A stretch of 64,000 bases of DNA from Nageia nagi. Lineage: Eukaryota > Plantae > Pinophyta. Where the stretch lies: the NCBI GenBank assembly GCA_050084985.1, contig JBITNC010000001.1, positions 136,090,001-136,154,000 of the forward strand. Direction: 5' to 3'. This document shows, in pieces, positions 51,480-62,984 of the stretch; position 1 is the stretch's first letter; each line of letters begins with the position of its first letter. A program made the position numbers and the translations under genes. The notes below the pieces were generated by a model, which did no database searches, was not told the DNA's origin, and worked only from the letters and a program-made list of their open reading frames with translations.

Positions 51480-53110
51480 TAAGAAAACACAAATCCGCGT
51501 ATGGCAGTATTCCTTAGGAAAGAAAGAGTAAAGAAAGACCAGAGTCAATGAAGAGAGCCCACTGCACGAACAGAGCTTGTCATATCCATACCATGCTTAT
51601 CCCTTCACGCCCTCTGAATTTGTCTTCTTTATTATCTATAATTAAACACCCTCCAACTACGCTGAGCTCATAACAGCCCATCAATCATAATCTCCCAAAA
51701 GCTGAGATGTATTCTACCAACCCTCCAAAGTGGCCCATGGCTGACACGAGTTCTTCCTTTCCTGTTATGGTTGTTTTCACTACCAAGGGCCATGTTCTAG
51801 AAGCAGGATCTTTTGACCCCACACCCATTACTTCCAACAACCCTATCCCCACTGCCCTTTGTCATGCACCTAATACAAATGCTATTGGCCCTTTCAAATG
51901 TAAGTTGGTTAGGTGAAGTTGATAGCACAACCCTATGACATGCTTCTGCCAAGTGGCCTTTCAGTAAAGGTGGATCTGAAAAAAAGGTACCCTATAGTCC
52001 AGAGAGGGGCAAATCATATTAATGGAAGCTTCTATTGCTGGGTGGACCTCTACCAACTTGGACAGTGACAATGGAGGAGGTGATAAGACTTTTGCCTTCC
52101 AATTGAGTTCACAATGTTCAAGGTAAGTCTTTTCTTATGTGATGTGTGTGAAAATTTTGTTGAAAAATCTAGAAAAGGTGATTTTCGTGATAGCCGTCTG
52201 AATTTTAATTGAATTCAAAATCTTCAAGGTAAATCTTTGTTCGAAAAAATAATAAAAGGCAATCCCCTGAAAATCAAATAGGAAATAAACCCACAAACAC
52301 AACAATAAAGACAATAAAGGAGGTAGTAGAATTATGCAAGGCAATTCTGAATAAGTCTTTCAACCTTTACATGATGAGTGTAAAAATCTTGTTTGAGTGA
52401 CGATAATCTCGAAAATGAATAAATTATTAGGCCCACAAACAGAAGGGATCAGTTTCTATTATTCCAACCAAACAGTCAACTTCCACCAACTAAATCTTGC
52501 CCTCCACAAACAACACTTGCAGGTCTCACTCGTCACGCCCCCTCCTGACTTGCCGTCCAAACAAAAATCATTCAAAGCAAAGAAAAAACAATTCTTCTTT
52601 AAAAGCTTCCCACAACTCAATAATAATTGTCGGGGCAAGCGATCGTTGCTACCAAACTTGGGCTAATATGCTCTTCTGCTTTCCTCGTCTTGCCTGAACC
52701 TGAACATTGCTGTCGAGGTTGGTAAGATTTTACACCCTCCATAATTATTATTGTCTGGATGGCATTTACGTGGAGGATCTGACGATATCTTTGCATTTTC
52801 CAATGACTATTGGATGAAGGGCGGTGCTGGGCCCTGCAATTGATGAAGTTGGTGGAAGAGGTTGTTCCACTACAACACCACCGACATGGTTGTACGGCAT
52901 TGTTATCCTCCTCCACCAAAACTTGGCCTCCTACGGACGTTAACACACTTAAATGGGTGGTGTAAAGGTGGAGGAAGGGAAGGCCAGCCGAGCTCAGCCC
53001 AACAACCACCACCATCACCACTTGGTTTGTACGAGAATGGGATTATTTTTATTCCTCATTGTGAGGTTACATCACATGTTGTTAACAGTTGGTTGTTAAC
53101 AGTTTGAATA
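51480..53110 (-). other. Apparently unique, GC-richer, CpG-retaining island; candidate unannotated spliced transcript
   Basis: No TE motifs or in-window homologue seen. On minus: TATA-like TATATA at ~53140; ORF 52617-53021; donors CAG|GTTCAG (52699) or CAG|GCAAGA (52693); U-rich interval; acceptor TTTCCTATTTGATTTTCAG|G at 52267. Confidence 0.35.
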
Positions 53111-53164
53111 GAAGATGTATTATGAATATGGTTTTGAATATATAATTGGGAAGTAGAAATCCTC

Positions 53165-53350
53165 GAAATGTTGGAATCAAGAACATTGTAATGATTTATT
53201 ATTTTGAAGTTTTGATGGTTATATAAGAAAACAACATAATGTTATGACAATTTATGTAGTACAAATGTTGGAATAAAGATCGTTGTAATATTTTAAGTTT
53301 TAATGGTTACATCAAAAAAACAATATAATATTATGATAATTTATATTATG
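53165..53350. repeat. Diverged tandem duplication, ~97-bp period
   Basis: AAATGTTGGAAT.AAGA.C.TTGTAAT...AAGTTTT.ATGGTTA...AAAACAA.ATAAT.TTATGA.AATTTAT occurs twice. Confidence 0.8.
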
Positions 53351-55084
53351 TTGTCATGGTTAGTTGCAAGTTGAGTGATATTGTGATTATTTATTTCATA
53401 GTTTGTTGAGATTTAGTGATTTGTAGATAAAAAGATAAATTATATTACATGTATTATAATATTTATTGACAAGTTAATAAGAATGATAAAATTATAAATA
53501 CGAAGAAAAAGAATTCTATATAAGTTATTAATTATTTCTTCATGTACTTTGCATTTAAATAAGATATTTTCATATAATTTAATTACGTAGAAGGAATTTA
53601 AATTATATACATTTCTTTCAAAGTTGGCAAATAATCAAACAAACAAAGTTAGTCAATTTTTTTTGTTGTTAAATAAATCATATTTTAATATTATATATCT
53701 CATTTTTTTTAATGATAGAGTTTTAAATAAATAAAAACTAAATCATACAAACATGTATGGGTGAAGAAAATCACACCTCGGACATTTAGCATGGCAAACA
53801 ACGCTGATAAGTGGGAATTGATAAAAAAAAATACTTGCCACCCATGTGGCATTTCACAACATCACCAACATAACTATTTAAACATTAAAAAAAGACATTC
53901 CAACTTCACCACTACCGGTAACCAATATCTCTTTTTTTCTCTTTCATATCTCTTAAACTTCATTTATTTGAACATGTACATAGTAGAAAGTAATTATTAA
54001 ATCATGAAAGAATGTTGAATTTTGGACCGAATATATTAAGGTTACATTTGAAGTATATTTTTCCTACCAGTTAGTGTAGATATAAAATTAATACTACAAA
54101 CTAGGTTATTTTCAAATTTAATAATAATAATAATAATAATAAATATATATAAAAATATATCTTTGTATTATTTATCAAGAAACCAAGAGATTAAATGTTT
54201 GTATTGATATTGAGAATATATTGTATATCTCAATACATGGTGGTAAGATACTTTAATCTATCTACAAAAATCATAAGTTTTACATGACATCTTCTATTAT
54301 ATATGCAATTATAAGACTTATTAAATTGAATATCCTATTATATTCCCAATTTAACGTGCTTATTTTTTTGTTGATAAAGTCTAGTCCTTGTTTATCGATC
54401 AAGGTGAACTTCTTTTCTAGCTTAAAAGGTTCCAAACCTTTGAAATATATGCTTAGTGATTTATTAAGAAAATGAAATATTACACATATATAGTTCACTG
54501 GTGGAACTAGATTACAAAGACTATTGTTCGAGAATAATATTCTCAAGTATAATAAATTATCAATGAAATATACTACCAAACAATTTATAATCCATATGAA
54601 TATAATAACAAACCACTAAACTACATACCTATATGTTCCAAATGATTACAACAATAATTCACATGATGTATATTGGTCAAACAAGCTAAGAAAGTGCTAA
54701 AACACACTAAAATAAGAAAAACACTAAAAATATTGATGAAACACATTCATTCTGACGAAAGGTGCCCACGTTTGAGAAACTCTCCCATATTCTAGAAGTG
54801 AAATGTGTTGGGTACAAAACCAACATGTGTTTCTTGATGAAACGCCTTGACTTATTATGTTTTATCAATAACTCAAATAAAGTGTTGAAAATAAGTGAAT
54901 TGTGTGATCAACTCAGTTCAATTCCCAATGTACTCTCGCTTGATCTTGAGTGGGCTCACCAATGAGTTCCTTAGCTTCAAAAATTAAGCCTTGATAACCC
55001 CTTTTATAAAAATATCAACAATGTTTCAAAGGATGTTACAATGTATTAGCTCAATGATATTTTTCTCCATCATATCCCTGATGT

Positions 55085-58000
55085 ATTAGAGGAATTAATT
55101 AAAATACACCTTTTAGGTGTTTGAAATGAATTATATATTTAAGTGATTTAATGCTCCTTTTATTATGCACACTCACTACCTTTGTGTTTTATGATAACAA
55201 GTTGATTCGAAGATAATCCCAAGGAGGATCCTTGGAATTAGACCTACAATCTATAAAGGTGGAAGGGTTGTGCATGAGAAATCATGACATGATTTGAAAT
55301 CCTTGATAGGTGGTAAATATATTGAGTCTATTGATTGATGTTTCTTAATTACACCAATCATATATGGATTTTATTATACTCTGAATATTGCATTCTTATG
55401 ATCTTTCAATTCATCATGTTTAAGTATCCTAGCTTGGAAGAGGGTCCATTAAAGATGACTGAAGATTTTGATGATGAATATAAGATAAGTCAAGCGATGG
55501 TGGTCCATGGAGGATAGGATTAGTGGTCCCATTTATAGGAATGGTTCATCATTGATCTCTTTGAGTTGGTTGTGAGCTACGATCTTCACGATAGGTAAAA
55601 TAACAAGTTTGTAAGTTCATTTACCTCTAGGTTTAATAGGTTAAGGTTAATTAAACAGCTTTGATCATTATCATCTTTCATATTGAATTTCTCTATTCAA
55701 TATTAGGACTATGATATTTCTGAATTTTGCTTTTATTGGTTGTAATTCAATATACTTAATAACCATAATAAATTATTATTCTAATTATAACAATTGGTGA
55801 ACTCAACTTTTTCTTCGATACACCACTTTTTCTTTTGATTCATTAGTTGTGCTAAAAACCCTAGGTTTTTAGATATAACTAATATAGTATTTTCAAGTAT
55901 TTTGGACATGGAATTTGTTAAATTTCTTGCCATGGTAAATAACTTTGATGATGGTACTAAGGCTGATTTGTGGAAGATGCTTTATGGTGATGATGATAAA
56001 AGTGATGTATCTAATGTTGGTGGAAACAATAAGTTAATTAGAGTTTACACTTCTAGATCTAGGTATTCAAATCCCTTGTGTGGTGATATCTGTACTGCAC
56101 AAGCACTTAATATCCAAGTAGAGCCCATTCTTGAATCATGTCAAGGTGAAGGAGTTCCCATGGCTTATATCAATGCTTTTGAGATCAAGTTTGAGTTAAA
56201 ATTTAGTGTGAATGATAATTTGATGGCAAAATATTTTTTAACTACACTAAGGAGTGATGCCCTCAATTGGTACTTTTCTCTTCCCTCCAAATTAATTATG
56301 TGGTATGCATAACTTGTATCTAAATTCTATATGCATTTTAAGTATAGTGCTCCTAGATGAATTATTATTTTTGATTCGATAAATACTAGACAAGGTTCAA
56401 ATGAGAGGTTTGATAAGTTTTCATAAATATTTCAAAAACTTTGGAGTATGATCCATACTCCTTTATCATAATCATATGTTAAGTCTATGTTTGTTAACAA
56501 CATTCATCCTAAGTTAAATTTCATAGCTATGGATTATATGATCCTTCCCTCTATTAAGATTTATGTATAGATTAGTTCAAAAAGAGAAATGCATGGTTGA
56601 AATGGGAAAATTAAAGTATGAAAATTTTTCCAATGAGACAAGGAGGGGAGGTTATTAGAAAAAGAAAGAGAAAATAAGTTCATGCTATTGAAGAGCCAAA
56701 ATATAAGGAGCAACAAAAGGGTTAAGCTAAATAAAAGATGAAAGATTCCATAAGGTTTCCTTTAGGTCCTTTGGTAATGTTCTAGGATTGCTTGAATAAA
56801 TTTTTCTACATACATAATTGGGACTTGATGATGAAAAGCCCAACTAGTACAATGAGGAATCCTTTTGTCATTATCATAAGGTAAAAGGATATGAGACTAA
56901 TGCTTGCATGCTTTTGGGGAAAGAATTGAAGAAATTTCTTGATGTTGGTAGGATCTAGTATGAAATGTATATGATTGAGTTTGAGGATGTTGAATCCCTA
57001 ATATCTAATATCATTTTTGATGAGGAACAATGCACCACTGATCAACGTGGGAGGCCTAGAAGACACATTCACCTAATGATGGACAAAAGAAAGGAGGTTC
57101 CTTGTGATTCACTTAGGCAACAACTATTGGATTAGCTAAAGGTAACACATGCTAAGATAAGTATCTTTGATGTTTTAAAATTTTTTATAGATCATAGGGA
57201 AGCATTATTTGATACGTCAAAGAAAACTAAGGTATATGCATGTTGATATTCTTTTGCTAAATTTACTAAGTTAGTAGCTAATCTTGAAATAGATCTTACT
57301 TATAATATGATTTATTTTCAAGATAGTGAATTTCTTATTAAAGATGTTATTAAAATAATTTAGGCTTTTATATTTATGTAAAAAATGATGGCATTCATGT
57401 TAATAAAATATTGCTAGATATAGGTTCAAATATGAATGGTTGTTGCATTTATTTATTGCAAAAAATATTTTTCATCCATTTATGAAAATGTGAAGATATG
57501 AAGATAATTACTATTAGTATTAAGGGCTTTGATAATACATAAAAGGAATGTATTAGTTATGTTTACATGCCTATTGAATTAGGAGGAAAATCTATTAATA
57601 AAATTTTCATGTATTTCAAGAAAAATTATCTTATAATTTGTTACTTGGTAGACCATGGATCCATAAGCTTAGGTAAGTTACATCCACACTCCATAGGGTG
57701 GTAAAATTCATGTATAAAGGTGAGATATTTGCAATTCATGTTGAAGAAAATACCACAAATTTATGTCAAGTAGCCAAAAATTTTAGATTCTTTTATGATC
57801 TGATTAATGATGCAGAGGGTATGGTAAAATCTTCTCAAGAGGTAGGTCCACAAAAGGTTGGTATGGGAACATACAAAATTCCTGACTTAGATATTTAGTA
57901 GAGCTTCAAGGAGTTAGGCCAACCCTTTTTTGTTCTTTATATTAAGAAATAATACTTAGAGGTGGATGATTCCAAGTAGTAGAGCTTTGCCATTGAATAT

Positions 58001-60117
58001 CATATTCTTGATGTTAGTATCTTGTATCAAGAGGAATAGAAAAAATCATCATCAATTCCTATACATGAAAGTTTTATTCTTGAATATTCTTAGCAAGGTG
58101 CATGTAAAAGTCAGGTAACTATGCATTTGAATAACTTTGAATATGATTTTTCTCCTAAATATTTGCAAAAATGTAAAGATGATGGTAAAGGGTTAGGTAC
58201 TAATGAGCAAGGTATTATCGATCCCATTTCGAATGATAGCCATCATAAGAGAAACTCCAAAATTTGATTTGAATAATCCAAACCTACGGTGGATCCTTTC
58301 ACATCCATTTTTTAAAATATTGAGAAGCATGATCAAAGTGATGAACTCCTTTTATTTGATGAATGGATGAGATGCAACATAATTCATGGTCCCAATGAAG
58401 AGTTGCAAGCATATTATGTAGATTTGTTCTTGCCACCAAATGCTCCTATTAAAGTAGATATTTTTAAAAAAATGATGATACAATTCTAGAGATGATGGGA
58501 GCTAGGAGAAAGTTCCCAAAGTCCACTGAAAAGATATTTATCATGTTGATATTACATAATTAGGCTTATTTTGGAGAAGAAGTTTTCTAGGATGATAAGG
58601 ATATTGTACATTCCCCCTACTCCTATGAACCTTTCCCTTTTAGTTTTCCTAAATTAGGAGTTGGTTTAGGTAGTTAGGAGAATGAGGGGTACATTTTTAT
58701 ATTCCTTTTGGAGCAATGTTGCCTAGCATCTAGTGGTGCCACTCTGTTATTAGGAATTTTGGGTAAATGAGTTTGAATGCAAGATTGGGGGCATTATCAA
58801 TCCCTCCTTAACTCAATGATTAAATATCCAATTAAGTGAAGCAACAATGTATTTTAATATTGGTACCAAAAAGGATGCAAAGTTGATCAAGGTAGGAGCT
58901 TGGTTAACTTTGGAAAAGAGAGAAAGGTACTTCCTACTATTGATTGAATTTTTTGATATTTTTGGTTGAGTCTCTTCTAATATGCCTAGTTTAGATCCTA
59001 ATTTTAGTTGTAAATGATGGTGCAAAGCTTGTATAACAAAAACCTAGAAATATGTATATTAAAGTGGCTTTGGTAATTAAAAAAGAAATAGAAAAATATC
59101 TTTTTGCTAATTTTATTATTCCTATTGATTATTCTCCTTGTATTTCTATCATTGTTCCTACAACTAAGCCTAATTGTGAGATAAGATGTACATATTTTAG
59201 AGCTATCAACAAGGCATGCCCAAAAGATATCTTTCCTCTTCCTAACATTGATATGATTTTAGATTCTAACATAGACCATGAGATTTTATCTTTCATGGAT
59301 GGATTTTTTGGTTACAACCAAATAAGGATTAATAAAGAGGATCAACATAAGAAAACTTTTGTCACTCCTTGGGGCACAATTTGTTGGGTGGCCATGCTTT
59401 TTGGATTGAAGAATGTGGGGGCTACTTATCAAAGAGCTATAGTTAGTATGTTCCATGATATGATTCATGATAAGATTAAGGTTTATGTTGATGATATTCT
59501 TGCTAAATGTAGAGAAAAATATGATCATTATTTTTATTTAAGAAAAATATTTCAAAGAATGAGAGAATATAAGTTGAAATTAAAATTTCAAAAATGTGTA
59601 TTTGGAGTTTCTTCTAGTAAATTGCTTTGATTTATCATTTCAAAAAGAGGAATTGATGTAGATCCTAAGAAAGTTACATCCATTATTGATATGCCTCCAC
59701 CATGAAATTTGAAGGATATAAAAAGTATTCAAGGTAAAATTCAAGCAGTAAGAAGATTTATTGATTAATTAGCTGATATGACTACTCCATCTTCTCATTT
59801 GATAAAGAAAGATGAAAATTATATATGGGATTCAAAGTGTCAAAAAGCTTTTGACAACATAGAGATATCTTTTTAATTCCCTAGTTTGGGCTCCTTTCGA
59901 TTCAAAAAAGAATTCATTGCTTTATGTTTTGGCTACAATAAGTACATTGAGGGTAATGCTTTCTCAAAAAGATAATGAAGGTAAAGAAAGAGCCATTTAT
60001 TACATTAGAAAAACTTTGATTGATTATGAAACAAGATACATCCCTATTAAGAAGATATATTCTTATATTATTTTTGTTATAGAAAAACTTAAACATTATA
60101 TGCTTGGAAATACTACA
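55085..60117 (+). mobile_element. Tat-like Ty3/gypsy element E (same family as D): 5' LTR ~55085-55792, PBS, gag-PR-G-patch-RT-RH; truncated in RH
   Basis: LTR end CTAATTATAACA followed by PBS TGGTGAACTCAAC. Gag ORF 55902-56312 (AKYFLTTLRSDALNWYFSLP); LLGRPWIHK; G-patch; RT; RH. LTR start is approximate. Confidence 0.88.
59052..60117 (+). pseudogene. Reverse transcriptase and RNase H of element E
   Basis: FRAINKACPKDIFPLPNID; SFMDGFFGYNQI; FGLKNVGATYQR; VYVDDIL; ERAIYYI..LIDYETRY..EKLKHYM (Athila/Tat-type signatures). Confidence 0.93.
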
Positions 60118-60184
60118 ATCAAGTGTCTATCAATATCTATCGGGTGTTTATCAAATCTACCAAGTGTGTATCAAGTCTACCAAT

Positions 60185-62870
60185 TGTTAACAATAGTTCT
60201 AGGTGATGAAGAGTGTCAAAAGTGTTACTGCTTGGCTTGGATATAGTGTTGGGTGATGAAGGGTGTTAGGATGAATGATGATATGGCTAAAGGATAGATG
60301 ATGTGGATCTAGGTATCCATATTGACTCATATAGTGCTATAAGAAATTTCAGGTGATGCTATGGAAAGATGATGAATTGATATATTATGTACTTAAATAA
60401 ATTAAGGAAATAATGCAATTCTAATAGGTGACATTAGCATCTCAATATCATTTCAAATTGAACTAAGTTCAAATACCAAGATAACATGTTGCATCCATGG
60501 TGAAATTAAGAATTGACAAAGAAAAAAATAACAATGAATCTGGTAGATGATGTAAGAAACAGGAAGGCATTCAAAAATACAATGCTTCTAGTACTTTAGG
60601 CCAAAAAATTAGAAGATGATAAAGTTAAGAACCAACAAAGGAAATAAAGTAAAGGAACAATGTAAAGAAGTACTGGTAGGTGATGCTAGCACTTCAATGA
60701 TATGCTAAATAACACCAATTCCAATTATTTATTTGAAGAAACATGATGGAGATCTAGTCAAAGATCAGAAAGGAGAATCAAGTTTGCAAAAAGGAGATGA
60801 TGATGTTAGCCTATCTAAGAAATAATTTTTTAGACTAATGATAGTAATTCCAAAGAAGTTGAATTGTTGATAGGGGAGTTTAGCCACCGAATAGAAGGAG
60901 TATAAATATTTAATATTGAAAAAAATGTAAAGGGCTCAAACTAAAGCTTAAGTGCCAGTTTTGATTACCAACAAGTATGCAAAGGAGTTTAAGTTTCTCA
61001 CTAAATTTCAAACACCATATTTGATGTTGGTAAGCACAATAGTAACAATATCATGGAGATTAAAAGCAATCCAAATTTTATGGAGATAGTACCAAAGTTA
61101 AGTGCAAGTATTGAATGCATGCAACATACTGTATTAATGGTGATCAATATGCTATAACAGTTGAAGGGATGGATACTCATGTTGAGGAGTTATGGAGTAA
61201 CTAAAAACTACTAATATCACATTGAAATGAACTTGACACCTAGAGCTGACAGTGATATGCATATGAAAATATCAAGAATATGTATAGAGACTTTAATGTA
61301 GCCAATATCAGTTATAGTTGCCAAATGATGAGTATCTAATTATGAGAGAACAAATGATCATGCAGAGGTTGTTGCAATAGTATGAAAAAAATAAACAAAA
61401 ATGGAAAAAATAGAGCACAACAAGCTAGTGAATTAGTACAAAAGATAAGATGACTCTAGGGATTTGAAGGTAGCATGAATGCATGAGTAGACTATCATGA
61501 AATAACAAATTATAATAGATTGATAATGATGGTAGGAGAGTGGCTATGAATATTGATAGTATAATCAAACATATATAGCTGGGAGAGTGAATATTGATGA
61601 GTTAGATCATTGAGGATCTTTGAGATAAGTTTGAAAATATTTTTTAAAATTGCTATTCCATTGATTTATCAAGTTAGTGCATAGTAATAAGGGTTGGTGC
61701 TTCTTGCAGTAGGTACTATAGAACTTGAGGTTGGTGATCCATCTAGTTGGTACTGATAAACTAATTGTAAAGTTAGTTCTTTGCAAATATATGGATTTGG
61801 ACCATGATCTAAGTAGTCTCATTAAGTATGTAGCCAAATTGATGAACCTTGTTACATCTTATCTTATATGATGATATTGTGATGTGTGTGATTGTCTTAG
61901 AATTTTAAATTTAGTTTACAAGTTTTCATTTATAGTTGCATACTTATTCACCCCCCTCTCAATGTCACTTCCAGTCTAACAATTAGTATTTTATCTAGTC
62001 CCTATATCTATTCTAATCAACTAAAGGTTATCCAAGGAGTGATATTATGGAAACTAGAGGATATTTCTCATATAACAAAGTACCTTTGTTTGATAGAACT
62101 AATTATGATTTCTAGAGGTTTATAATGTAAACATATCTATGTTCTTGGAGATTTGATATATGGGAAGCAGTTGAATTAGGATATACAACTCCTTCTACTC
62201 CTCTAATTGATGCAACTATATAATTAGGATATATAGGAAATTGTTGAATTAGGATTTAATATATGGGAAGCAATTATCCAAGAAGTTAGAATATTGAAAC
62301 AATATAATTGAAAAGCTTTATATTCAACTTGAGGAGGCCAAAGTGATTTTAGAATACTTATAAGTGAAACTAACTGACAAGATTGATGCATGCCATAATC
62401 CTGAAGAAGAAATAGTTGGCTTAAGAAATGAGATTGAAAAATTGTCCATAAAATCCAATGCAAGCTATAATTTTTAAAAAAGCTCATATTATTTAAATAA
62501 AGAGTATCCTAAAGTTGAACAAAAGCCACCTCATCCAAAGTAAGAAATGAAAGATAATAGTAAGGATCTAAGGACAAATACCAACAAGCCTAGAAATAAA
62601 TAAGGTGTTGAATATGATGGATTCACCATAGTTGATCAACAAATAAGAATATTATAAGGAAGATCATATGCCACTCAATATAGCTTAAACAAGTTTTACA
62701 ACTCCTTTCCTGGCTATAGAAATACATTCTTTGGTTACTGTTATAGTGTAATCATTATGGATATAATATTGTTGATTATAGATTGAATATTAAACTAACC
62801 AAATTTAAACATCAAAATATTTTTTCTCCCTTAATAGAAGATAATATGAAATGTTATAGAATGCAAGAGG
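60185..62870 (+). mobile_element. Ty1/copia element H fragment: long LTR ~60185-61981, decayed PBS, gag remnants
   Basis: LTR ends TATTCACCCCCCTCT...CTAACA followed by ATTAGTAT (decayed iMet PBS). Gag N-terminus KVPLFDRTNYDF...FDIWEAVELGY at ~62075-62185; FFGYCYS knuckle remnant at ~62730. LTR start uncertain. Confidence 0.7.
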
Positions 62871-62984
62871 TACAAATACATTGTACCTTACTAATTCAAT
62901 TCTAATCAAGACTTAAGGAAAAGTTATAACCGGTTTTATGGGATTATATAGGATGTTTTACCAATATAAGTCCTTATTCAACAT

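Noticed and set aside
51707-51916. 69-aa plus-strand ORF after a TATA-like sequence
   Set aside because: No signal peptide or known peptide-family motif recognised.
51650-52552. TAS3-like locus (CTACGCTGAGCT at ~51657 and CCCTCCTGACTT at ~52540 resemble miR390 sites)
   Set aside because: Both sites need indels and no tasiR-ARF (TTCTTGACCTTGTAAG) lies between them.
52022-52697. Plus-strand spliced ORF (donor AAG|GTAAGT at 52122, acceptor GCAG| at 52522, in frame, ~91 aa)
   Set aside because: The putative intron is A-rich on plus, whereas plant introns are U-rich; weak acceptor; no recognisable protein. Not excluded but not supportable.
52809-52830. miR159/319-like TTGGATGAAGGG
   Set aside because: Only a partial match with a deletion, 3' half differs, no star arm found.
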